A stretch of DNA of 36,440 bases from a virus (Duplodnaviria > Heunggongvirae > Uroviricota > Caudoviricetes). A model generated the notes under the pieces. It was not told the origin of the DNA. It did not search any database and saw only the letters and a list, made by a program, of their open reading frames with translations. The DNA is taken from positions 1-36,440 of IMG/VR virus record IMGVR_UViG_2778261172_000005, one strand, 5' to 3'. The translations under genes and the position numbers were made by a program. Shown in pieces: positions 8,662-16,495 of this stretch (positions are counted from its first letter, which is position 1; the number at the start of each line of letters is the position of its first letter).

Positions 8662-9579
8662 TCACTCCATTTCTCTTTTGGCTAATTCTTCCCATTCGTC
8701 GATTGAGTTATTATAAGGAAATACCTCTTTAACTATGAAAGGAATGTAGCTTTCTTCAGCATTGTGATGTATTTCATTACTGATATTACTTGTGATTCCG
8801 AATTTTACGTCAGGATCGTTTTCAGAGAAATGTATATGAAAAGGTTGTTGACCTAAAGCCTGTCTAATTTTATTTGCTTGTTCTGATGGAAGGACTTTAA
8901 GTAGCTGTTTGAATGTTTTTTTATTAAAGTCTAGAGAAATGGCCATATCAATATCTCCGGGTATCATAGATATGCACGTGTATGACCGTTCGCTCAATCG
9001 ACTAATAAATTTAGTATTTATAGCAGGGGCACTAAAAGAACCATCTTTAACCAAACCCATTTTTCGAATATGAATTCCAAAATCAGGTGCATAACTCAAG
9101 ACATCCGGATTGGCTTTAATATCTGGATTTAATATCCTAAATAATTTTTCCCAGTAATTACCAATGTCTTTCAAAGAAAATCTGAGTATTGGGTGGAGTT
9201 CCCGTATACTATATAGAACAAATTCATTCCCATTGCACAATGCATACATTTCTGCCCTTATTTCTGGATGTATAGCATAACTATAGGCTTGCTCAACGTG
9301 CATGCTTTTGGTTATTTTTTCATTAGGGGCCTTTGCATCAAGAATCCAATATGGTCGGTCGTTAGAAAGAAAAACATAATCCGGTACTATTGAAATCTTT
9401 CTTGGCTGTGAACCTATTGAGACAAATGGATGTGTAAGCGTTTTGCTCCTGATTACACGACTATCTCCCGATGCTTTATAACCAAGAGCTTTAATAATTG
9501 GTAAAATCAACTCTTCTCTGACTGAATCCTCTTTAAATTCATCTGAGCTTAGTAAGTTAAAATCAAAATCATCAAACAT
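8662..9579 (-). CDS. PD-(D/E)xK nuclease-fold protein with an HsdR-N-terminal-like domain and an unassigned C-terminal half (305 aa)
   Basis: N-terminal pattern EELILPIIKALGYK...IVPDYVF...WILDAKAP...VEQAYSYA...ALCNGNEFVLYS fits the type I restriction R-subunit N-terminal (Mrr-like) nuclease fold, with D, D-A-K and Q signatures. The gene is AT-rich, has its own terminator and sits at the Z/fun position. I am confident it is coding and less sure of the family. Confidence 0.7.
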   Translation of the reverse strand: MFDDFDFNLLSSDEFKEDSVREELILPIIKALGYKASGDSRVIRSKTLTHPFVSIGSQPRKISIVPDYVFLSNDRPYWILDAKAPNEKITKSMHVEQAYSYAIHPEIRAEMYALCNGNEFVLYSIRELHPILRFSLKDIGNYWEKLFRILNPDIKANPDVLSYAPDFGIHIRKMGLVKDGSFSAPAINTKFISRLSERSYTCISMIPGDIDMAISLDFNKKTFKQLLKVLPSEQANKIRQALGQQPFHIHFSENDPDVKFGITSNISNEIHHNAEESYIPFIVKEVFPYNNSIDEWEELAKREME

Positions 9580-9593
9580 ATCCCCCCCACATA

Positions 9594-9623
9594 TATTTAT
9601 TTGACAAAAGATGTATAATTCAA
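9594..9623 (-). promoter_or_regulatory. Candidate sigma70 promoter for the 305-aa gene: -35 TTGAAT (9623-9618), 18-nt spacer, -10 TAAATA (9599-9594)
   Basis: Read on the minus strand directly upstream of a G7 Shine-Dalgarno-like run and the ATG at 9579. This is only a hexamer match. Confidence 0.3.
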
Positions 9624-9893
9624 ATTATTCAGAGCCATTGTAAATCACTATAGAATAAAAAGATAATTTCAAGTGGAGGTGTTATCTGATTTTTTGATTT
9701 ATAGCACAAAAAACGACCTCTACAGGCTGTTTATTACGATAGTTAAAGCTGATCACATTTAGGCAGTCAGTCCAAGATGCTCTCTTCAACATGGCCTAGG
9801 TTTTTTTACCGTCGAAGAAGATAATTGTGTCCATAGCATGATGCTTTCAAGTGGTATGATCTCTTTCTCAGTGATTCATGCAGTATGAGCCTA

Positions 9894-9934
9894 GCAACTT
9901 CTGCTTCTGGCACAGGGCGGACTTTCTGACTGAG
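9894..9934 (-). repeat. Cargo-island repeat, copy A (internal, same orientation as B)
   Basis: Plus strand GCAACTTCTGCTTCTGGCACAGGGCGGACTTTCTGACTGAG aligns with 11051-11092. The shared stretch CTGCTT(C/T)TGGCACAG(G/A)GCGGACT is nearly identical. Confidence 0.7.
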
Positions 9935-10085
9935 TTGAAGGTCTGCTGCGACCGAATATCGGACATTAATAACCTCAGAGACATAGCGCCCTTGAAATGC
10001 ACCCCTCCAGAAATGAAAATCTGTTATGATACTAGCATAAACTATTTATTTTTCAGTAAAGTTTAGAAAACAAATTTTTATGAAT

Positions 10086-10112
10086 AGAAAAAAGGAGAAC
10101 AATGCCCTCCTT
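10086..10112 (-). terminator. Candidate terminator of the DUF2971-like gene
   Basis: On the minus strand, AAGGAG-GGCATTGTT-CTCCTT followed by TTTTTCT. It lies about 20 nt past the stop. The stem is short (6 bp). Confidence 0.45.
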
Positions 10113-10130
10113 CTTTATTTTTAAATTCTA

Positions 10131-10859
10131 CTACAATTTAATTTTTAGTCTTTTAGGAGCATCGTATAGAGTAGATATTTTTATTTCGGCTTTACAACCC
10201 TTATCCTCAATTGCCAATGTGTATGCCTGCCTTAAGTTTTTTTCCATTCTTGGGTCAAATAGCACGGTGTCTAATAGTTCAACTGGATTAATTTCAAACT
10301 GGAAAATATCATTATCGACACTATTATCATCACCAGAATATATTAAACGAACTTCGCTTTCGTGTTCAAACTCCACGCGTTTGTATAAAAGCGATTCAGC
10401 AATGCCTGAGCCATTAGTGTTGAATAAATCAATTGACAAGAGTTTTTCCGAAAGAGTATCCTCCGGAAGATAAGAAACCTTGCCTATAAAACACCTTAAA
10501 TTATGGTAAGTCGGCTCTGCTTTTTGAAGTGCGGCTAATAGTTTTCTTGGTGTGGTTGAAACTCTTACACCATTTTTATCATGGGAATATATCCGCCACA
10601 TTGCATCGGTTTCACTATGAAATGTCCAGCATTGCCCATAAACAGAATCTCTTGCGGCAACTGTTCCTGTTTGACCATCAGAAGTTTCAATTACACAATT
10701 TAATAAAGCGTTCTCAAAAGGGTCATCCCATTTTCTTGGTTTTACTAAAGTTAATTTTTTTTCTTCAAGCAATTGAAGAAAACGGTGTATTGGCATAATT
10801 CTATAAATAGGTATATCCAATGATTCATCTGTTAAATTAATATAGTTATTATAGCTCAT
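10131..10859 (-). CDS. DUF2971-like protein (242 aa)
   Basis: The motif order matches my memory of DUF2971: IYRIMPIHRFLQLLEEKKLTLVKPRKWDDPFE, then GQCWTFHSETDAMWRIYSHDKNGVRV, then LLYKRVEFEHESEVRLIY. The gene is strongly AT-rich and sits at the Z/fun position. Confidence 0.65.
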   Translation of the reverse strand: MSYNNYINLTDESLDIPIYRIMPIHRFLQLLEEKKLTLVKPRKWDDPFENALLNCVIETSDGQTGTVAARDSVYGQCWTFHSETDAMWRIYSHDKNGVRVSTTPRKLLAALQKAEPTYHNLRCFIGKVSYLPEDTLSEKLLSIDLFNTNGSGIAESLLYKRVEFEHESEVRLIYSGDDNSVDNDIFQFEINPVELLDTVLFDPRMEKNLRQAYTLAIEDKGCKAEIKISTLYDAPKRLKIKL

Positions 10860-11050
10860 ACATATTGACCTTTTGGTAGTTAGTGTAATTAAAAAGGCGG
10901 TTGGGATATTTTAGCAAAAACCTAAGAACTGATTCAACCCTGCGGACTTACAGATTTCAGTTCATATATCCAATGTTATAAATTCTCATTTATGAACTAT
11001 TCTCCTAAAATTTTTTGATTTCAATCTTTAGAGAGCGCAAAAGACCTATG

Positions 11051-11107
11051 TTCGAATGACTGCTTTTGGCACAGAGCGGACTGTCAGATTAGGCTTTACT
11101 CTGTGCC
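11051..11107 (-). repeat. Cargo-island repeat, copy B (11051-11092), with an associated 9-bp-arm hairpin GGCACAGAG / CTCTGTGCC (11068-11076 and 11099-11107)
   Basis: It lies immediately downstream of the G stop (11143). See copies A and C for the alignments. Confidence 0.7.
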
Positions 11108-11142
11108 ATAGATATGTAAGCTCACACCAGAGTTCATACAAC

Positions 11143-11670
11143 TTATTGCGGCATTTCCGGCCATTCAGGATTTGCAGGATCCACACGACTGACCAGAACG
11201 CTGTAGCGTTCCCAAGCCTCCAGCCGTGTGCGCTCCTCCTCTGTTGCCATGTTCAGTCTGACCGCGCGCTCCAGCGGCAAAATCACGGATTCAGCATCTG
11301 CAAGAAGTCTGGCTTTCCGAATTTCTGCCTGCTGCTGTAATTCCTCTGCCGTATAAATGCGTTTAATCACTTTGCCGTCCTTAAACATCCAGCCCCCTGA
11401 AATATCCGCCCGTCGGTTAGCAGTAATATCCGCCACTTCAACCACACTTAATCCATCCGGTCTGATAGCTGTCACATCCTTTTCCACATAGCGGATGATA
11501 TTATCTTTGTCGTACGCTATTTTTATCGTGTCATCAGCAAAATACTTTTGTTCTTCGTACCAGTTCTTACCATCTTCTGTAAAAAACCAGACAACATCAA
11601 AGCCCTTTGTCAATTGATATTGTTCAACTGTTTTTGGATTACCCGCCGTTATATTTATCAAATGCTGCAT
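11143..11670 (-). CDS. G: Tail fibre assembly chaperone gpG (175 aa)
   Basis: P2-collinear, 175 aa, directly downstream of H. Confidence 0.85.
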   Translation of the reverse strand: MQHLINITAGNPKTVEQYQLTKGFDVVWFFTEDGKNWYEEQKYFADDTIKIAYDKDNIIRYVEKDVTAIRPDGLSVVEVADITANRRADISGGWMFKDGKVIKRIYTAEELQQQAEIRKARLLADAESVILPLERAVRLNMATEEERTRLEAWERYSVLVSRVDPANPEWPEMPQ

Positions 11671-11673
11671 AAA

Positions 11674-13992
11674 TTATACCTGCGCTACGTTATACCATGT
11701 CCCGTTAATGTATTTCTGCACCGGTCTGTAATATATGCCACCAATGTTATCGGCAGAGTTTGAGCCGGTATCCTGAACAATAATGCCGGAATATACACAC
11801 CCGGACGGTGCCTGATGTGTCCATGTCATGCCATTGTTCGCAGGTTTGTATGTGGCAGCACCACCAAGCCGGATATCCCGGACATAGCGTGAATCAAAGT
11901 TGCCATAGTTAGATGGTGATACCTGCCCGTTAACAGCAAAAGTGATGCTGTTATCTGTATTTCTCTGACTGTAAAAATGCCAGCCTGCATCATCACCTAA
12001 TTCAGCCACCACCGGACGACTTGAGTTTCCCCACAAATTGAATGCGGCTTCCTTCGTGGATGTATTACTGCTGCTGACCGTGAATTTTTTCCCGCTACCG
12101 GCACGTACTTTGGTACTTGAGACAATATCACCAGTAACATTCAGGCCATGCCCCATTGATACAGCACCAGTGGCATCATTTATAATCAGCGGTCTTAAAT
12201 TATTATAAGTGCCTAATCTGTCACCTGATTTAGTCAACATAAAATAAGTGCTGCTGCCATCATTCCTGATAAAGAAACCATAATTGCCATAAGCAATGCG
12301 CAGACCATTAGCACTGAGTGATGTAATCTCACCTCTTGAACGGAGACCATAAGCGGAGCTGAGTGATAATTCTTCCTGAGCATCAGTATTACCAGTCGCC
12401 CAACGAACTACCCCGCCCTGTACTGTTTCATGCCAGATAGTGTCTCCTTCTCCACCACGAAACTTTCTGAGATATTTTTTGCCGCCTCTTGTGCCTGAAC
12501 ATAAGGCCGTAGACATATAGGCATTCTGGCTTCCACCGTCCTGATTAATCGTTCCGGTCATTGCGTCGCCCTGACGATTCCAGTCACGACGCCAGCCGGG
12601 GGAGTAGCCGTCCCCATGATTAATGTAAGTGAATTGTGCGCTGGTTGTACCGCCACCGCTTGATGTTGTCGGCGTGGTCACTCGGATAGTGATTGCAGAT
12701 TTAGTTCCCATGACCTCGACGACACAACCAGCCAGGTGGATATCACCACATCCGGTATCCGTAATGATTTTGTTATTTGCATATGACCAGGAGCCTTTGC
12801 ACATCCAGTACGGATGATTAAATGCACCACGGGAATCCAGCCATTCAATAAACTGAGCGGTTGTCCAGTTTCCGGCTTCAGTGCTCAAAGCGCCGCTATA
12901 AGCACGACAGGCACCGATATTTTTCGTGAAGGTATCCTTTCCCGGAATATCCGCACCATTCTGATCTTTCTGAAGACGTTTTTCAGCATTGTCATAGGCA
13001 GACTTCACCGCTTTTGATGTTGCGGCCAGCGTTTCAGAATCACTGTTGGTGGCGCTACTGAGCTGGACAAGCCCTTTTCGCGCCGTGGTGGCATCCTGTG
13101 CAGTGTATTTCCCGTTAGCAAGGTCATACGCAGCCTTTACCGCCTTTGGCGTTGCCGCAAGCGTTTCAGCCGTGCTGTTAGTGGCACTACTGAGCTGGAC
13201 AAGGCCTTTTCGCGCTATGGTGGCGTCCTGTGCGGTATATTTCCCGTTAGCAAGGTCATACGCGGCCTTTACCGCTTTCGGCGTTGCGGCTAGCGTTTCA
13301 GACGTGCTGTTGGTCACACTACTGAGCTGAACAAGGCCTTTTCGCGCCGTGGTGGCATCCTGCGCAGTATATTTCCCGTTAGCAAGGTCATAGGCGGCCT
13401 TTACCGCTTTCGGCGTTGCGGCCAGTGTTTCAGACGTGCTGTTGGTCGCACTGCTTAACTGAGTAAAACCTTTTGCGGTCAGCGAGGCGTCCGGGTGACG
13501 TCGTGACTGTTCGTGCTCTGCAATTTTGTCATCAACGTAATCCTGCGTTGCCATCACCGTTGTGGTGTCAATGGTCAGCTCCACTGAGGCCACACTGCTG
13601 ACGATGATGACCATGCGGCAGGTCTGCGAACGCCCTGAGCCTTCGGCAAGAGCTGGCTTATAACTTTCGGCCATGTTCGCCACGGCAATTAACGTTCCCG
13701 CATCATCGTACAGGCCAAGCTCACGCATCCAGAAACCGCCCACCTCCGGCGGAATAACCAGCTCTGCGATAATATAATTACTGTTTCGTTTGTCCTGACT
13801 GATTTTGTTCAGCGCATGTCGCCAGACTTCGTGGATAAGCCCGGTCTGTCCGGCATCCGGGACAGGCAATTTACCACCGCCATCCCCGACGGCCATCGTG
13901 GTAATGTTGACCTTCCGCCCTTCCGGCGCGGTTGCCGCTGCCAGCTTTGCTGCACCGGCAGTGGTGATAACGGTTCTGAATTTTGTGCTCAT
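11674..13992 (-). CDS. H: Tail fibre protein gpH (772 aa)
   Basis: It has the conserved P2-type N-terminus (MSTKFRTVITTAGAAKLAAATAP...). It is longer than my recollection of P2 H (669 aa) because of tandem repeats and a different C-terminal receptor-binding part. Confidence 0.9.
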   Translation of the reverse strand: MSTKFRTVITTAGAAKLAAATAPEGRKVNITTMAVGDGGGKLPVPDAGQTGLIHEVWRHALNKISQDKRNSNYIIAELVIPPEVGGFWMRELGLYDDAGTLIAVANMAESYKPALAEGSGRSQTCRMVIIVSSVASVELTIDTTTVMATQDYVDDKIAEHEQSRRHPDASLTAKGFTQLSSATNSTSETLAATPKAVKAAYDLANGKYTAQDATTARKGLVQLSSVTNSTSETLAATPKAVKAAYDLANGKYTAQDATIARKGLVQLSSATNSTAETLAATPKAVKAAYDLANGKYTAQDATTARKGLVQLSSATNSDSETLAATSKAVKSAYDNAEKRLQKDQNGADIPGKDTFTKNIGACRAYSGALSTEAGNWTTAQFIEWLDSRGAFNHPYWMCKGSWSYANNKIITDTGCGDIHLAGCVVEVMGTKSAITIRVTTPTTSSGGGTTSAQFTYINHGDGYSPGWRRDWNRQGDAMTGTINQDGGSQNAYMSTALCSGTRGGKKYLRKFRGGEGDTIWHETVQGGVVRWATGNTDAQEELSLSSAYGLRSRGEITSLSANGLRIAYGNYGFFIRNDGSSTYFMLTKSGDRLGTYNNLRPLIINDATGAVSMGHGLNVTGDIVSSTKVRAGSGKKFTVSSSNTSTKEAAFNLWGNSSRPVVAELGDDAGWHFYSQRNTDNSITFAVNGQVSPSNYGNFDSRYVRDIRLGGAATYKPANNGMTWTHQAPSGCVYSGIIVQDTGSNSADNIGGIYYRPVQKYINGTWYNVAQV
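12991..13473 (-). repeat. In-frame tandem repeat inside H: about 3.7 copies of a 132-nt (44-aa) unit
   Basis: The unit KG(L/F)(V/T)QLSS(A/V)TNS(T/D)(S/A)ETLAAT(P/S)KAVK(A/S)AYDLANGKYTAQDAT(T/I)AR repeats over aa 174-334. The 132-nt period is visible in the DNA (e.g. CTACTGAGCTGGACAAG at about 13056 and 13188). Confidence 0.9.
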
Positions 13993-14002
13993 TATTCCTC
14001 AC

Positions 14003-14533
14003 TTATCCGGGGTAAACCGTAATTACATCGCCGTCGTAAGCCACACCACCGGCGAACAGATAGCCGGGAATGTCCCGGGTAATGTTCAGGCCAATAAGGT
14101 GACGGCTTGCAGGTTTGGCATCAGCAATCAGCCGTTCCATTTCCTGATACATTGCCTCTGTGATACCGCTTTCCAGTACACCAATATCAAGCCGGAAGGT
14201 GCCGGGCGGGTCACTGTTTTCCCACCACTCCGTCACGTTGATGAGATAGCCGAGCGGCTCCACCACACGCCGGATTGCGCCGACAGTGCCTTTATGACAG
14301 TGAATGAAATACGCATCGCGGATAACGGCGCGTTTTGTCGCTTCCGGCCACTTTTCATCCCAGCGGTCAACCGAAAATGACCACGCCAGCCACGGCAGCA
14401 GATTTGCCGGGCAGGTGTCCGGGTTCCACAGCTCACGAATACTGACCGGTGTTTTTTCAATTTCCGCACAGGCTTTTGCGGCGGCGACCTCAAGCGGTGA
14501 TGAGCCGGTCGGCAGCAGTCGCGAATCACTCAT
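14003..14533 (-). CDS. I: Baseplate protein gpI (176 aa)
   Basis: P2-collinear, 176 aa. Confidence 0.9.
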   Translation of the reverse strand: MSDSRLLPTGSSPLEVAAAKACAEIEKTPVSIRELWNPDTCPANLLPWLAWSFSVDRWDEKWPEATKRAVIRDAYFIHCHKGTVGAIRRVVEPLGYLINVTEWWENSDPPGTFRLDIGVLESGITEAMYQEMERLIADAKPASRHLIGLNITRDIPGYLFAGGVAYDGDVITVYPG

Positions 14534-15434
14534 CCGAGCCTCCGGTCACGACGCGGTATTCGGTACAGAAAGACGCCTGCGTACTGTTGAGCACGATGTC
14601 GGCCAGTGGTGCAGCCAGTTCGACACGCTGCACACCTTCCACATGCAAAGCGGCATAAATGGCAGACAGACGGATGTCACGCCCCAGCCGGTGCTGTGCT
14701 GTGATATACGCTTCCAGTTTTTTCACGGCGGCAGCGCGAATGGGTTCGCTTTCGGGGCCAGGGTAAAGGTAAAGCGTGGCGTTTATCTGGTATTCAACAA
14801 TGGCGGCAGACTGCACGGTCACACGGTCAGCCACCGGCCTGACGTCCTCACCATTAAGGGCGTTACGCACCACAGCCAGCAGGTCTTCGGATGCGACACC
14901 GTTATTTTCACGTGACAGCACAGAGATGGTGACGCAGGCCGGAGACGGACTGGTGACAGAGATATCCGCGACACGCCCGTCGGCACTGCGACCATGATAC
15001 TGATAGGCTCCCACCGACCCGGCGACGCTTAAGCCTTCAAACGCCTGCTGAATACGCAGACGATAATCCGTGTCAGATTCCATCACTGCCGGTGTCGGCG
15101 GGATGGTCGAATCATCTGCCGGGGTGATAGTCAGGCGCGTGGTGTTGTAATTGGCACCAATCACATCAAGGTCATTACCGGCTGCACAGGCCAGCATCAC
15201 CGCCCGTGCGGCCTCATTCACACGCTGACGCCAGATAAGCTCGCGATAAGCATTTTCCTCCAGCAGTTTGACGAGAGGCTCGGATTCCAGCGTCAGGGTA
15301 CGGGCGACCGCCTCCTGCTGGTCTTCCGGGTAAAGGGAAATCAGTGTCGCCTTGCGTTCGGCAAGAATGCTTTCAAAGTCCAGCTCCTCGACCACATCCG
15401 GTGCGGGTAGCTGGTTCAGGTCGATAATCGGCAT
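14526..15434 (-). CDS. J: Baseplate wedge protein gpJ (302 aa)
   Basis: P2-collinear, 302 aa, with an 8-nt overlap with I. Confidence 0.9.
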   Translation of the reverse strand: MPIIDLNQLPAPDVVEELDFESILAERKATLISLYPEDQQEAVARTLTLESEPLVKLLEENAYRELIWRQRVNEAARAVMLACAAGNDLDVIGANYNTTRLTITPADDSTIPPTPAVMESDTDYRLRIQQAFEGLSVAGSVGAYQYHGRSADGRVADISVTSPSPACVTISVLSRENNGVASEDLLAVVRNALNGEDVRPVADRVTVQSAAIVEYQINATLYLYPGPESEPIRAAAVKKLEAYITAQHRLGRDIRLSAIYAALHVEGVQRVELAAPLADIVLNSTQASFCTEYRVVTGGSDE

Positions 15435-15438
15435 GGTT

Positions 15439-15786
15439 TCAACTCACAGGGATGGTTAATGAAAGTGGCTGGCCGGTGTCGTTGTGCTGGCCGGTTAACG
15501 TGACCGTCATTCGCCCGTCAAAACTGCGCTCAGTGGTGACGGATGACAGGGTGACGCGGGGTTCCCATTTCAGCACCGCCATGTAACAGGCGACCTTAAT
15601 CTGCAACTCAAGCGCCGGGGTCTGCGGCTGGTCAATCATTGATGCCAGCAACGAGCCGTAATCACGACGCATCACCCGTGAGCCGACCGGTGTGCGCAGG
15701 ATATCGCCGATACTCTGGCTGATATGCTCAAGGTCAGTGACAGTCAGGCCATCACTGCGATTCATTCCGAGATAACGCGCTGTCAT
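15439..15786 (-). CDS. W: Baseplate protein gpW (115 aa, GPW/gp25 family)
   Basis: P2-collinear, 115 aa. Confidence 0.9.
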   Translation of the reverse strand: MTARYLGMNRSDGLTVTDLEHISQSIGDILRTPVGSRVMRRDYGSLLASMIDQPQTPALELQIKVACYMAVLKWEPRVTLSSVTTERSFDGRMTVTLTGQHNDTGQPLSLTIPVS

Positions 15787-16418
15787 AAAGGACTCCCGGT
15801 TGTGCCGCCGCTGTCGCCGGGGTGTTTATGGGTATGCAGTACCTTACCGTTTGATGAGAGTTCACCGCCGGTGTGTTCAATGTTGCCGCGCATCGTCCCG
15901 CCCTTCTGCACTTCCAGCGTGCCGGTAATCAGCTTGTTGGTGCAGACCACCTCCGGTGTGTCCAGGGTGATGCGGGTTGACGCTTTCACCATGACCACCG
16001 GCACCGTGGCAGTAACAGAATCAGAAGCCGTCACGCTGGCCGTTTTAATTCCGCTTACCGTCAGTGAACTGGTTTCGGGTTCATACTCAATCACCGCCCC
16101 GTCAGGGAAACGGATATGCAGGGCATCCGCCGACGCAGACGGCGCGGGATTATCGCCGGAATAAATCCCCGGCAGAACAAACGCCGTGTCGAGTTCACCA
16201 CCCACGGCCAGAATCAGCACCTGTTCCCCCACGGAAGGTGCCCACCATGTGCGCGAACGCCCGGCGCGATGGGTCAGCCACTGAAGCCAGTCGGTGCACA
16301 TGCCGCCGGTCTGCACACGGCAGCGACCGGCGTTAAGGTCAGTTTCGACGATAATGCCGGTGCGAATCATGTTGCGCAGTGCGCGCGCGAGTTCCTGAAT
16401 ATTTGCGAGAGTGTTCAT
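15783..16418 (-). CDS. V: Baseplate hub/spike protein gpV (211 aa)
   Basis: The Met at 16418 (MNTLANIQELARALRNMIRTG...) gives the P2 size of 211 aa. The 223-aa track ORF is over-extended. There is no obvious SD upstream. Confidence 0.85.
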   Translation of the reverse strand: MNTLANIQELARALRNMIRTGIIVETDLNAGRCRVQTGGMCTDWLQWLTHRAGRSRTWWAPSVGEQVLILAVGGELDTAFVLPGIYSGDNPAPSASADALHIRFPDGAVIEYEPETSSLTVSGIKTASVTASDSVTATVPVVMVKASTRITLDTPEVVCTNKLITGTLEVQKGGTMRGNIEHTGGELSSNGKVLHTHKHPGDSGGTTGSPL

Positions 16419-16465
16419 AACGGGAAGGATGCCGCCGGACGATACCAGCAGCAATCATGGAGGAT

Positions 16466-16486
16466 TCTGTCAGCTGTGACACAACA
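16466..16486 (-). promoter_or_regulatory. Candidate late promoter P_V activator site TGTTGT-N12-AGA
   Basis: It has the same TGTTGT hexamer as the F and O elements. Using the F/O spacing puts the -10 at about 16431-16426 (CATCCT) and the transcription start essentially at the V ATG. Confidence 0.35.
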
Positions 16487-16495
16487 TAATAAATA

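Noticed and set aside
9601-9620. A plus-strand TTGACA followed by a perfect TATAAT.
   Set aside because: The spacer is only 7 nt, far from the 17 nt a sigma70 promoter needs, and no plus-strand gene follows.
9667-9854. The 10-mer TTTCAAGTGG occurs twice (9667-9676 and 9845-9854) with weakly similar flanks.
   Set aside because: It is too short and its flanks too degenerate to separate from chance in AT-rich DNA. I could assign no structure to it.
9878-10066. A 62-aa plus-strand ORF in the gap between the two hotspot genes.
   Set aside because: It has no SD. It runs through repeat copy A, and the homologous copies B and C are not in a conserved reading frame. I treated it as non-coding.
9901-11085. 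TGGCAC inside repeat copies A and B, which could be a sigma54 -24 element.
   Set aside because: Neither copy has the required TTGC -12 element five nt downstream. The sequences are AGGGCGGACT and AGAGCGGACT.
11056-11340. A 94-aa plus-strand ORF starting in the G-downstream spacer and running antisense into G.
   Set aside because: It is mostly antisense to gpG and starts inside repeat copy B. It has no RBS.
12991-13473. A regular 132-nt periodicity that might be mistaken for a CRISPR-like array.
   Set aside because: The units are directly adjacent with no spacers, stay in frame and encode a sensible tail-fibre repeat. No CRISPR array is present anywhere in the window.
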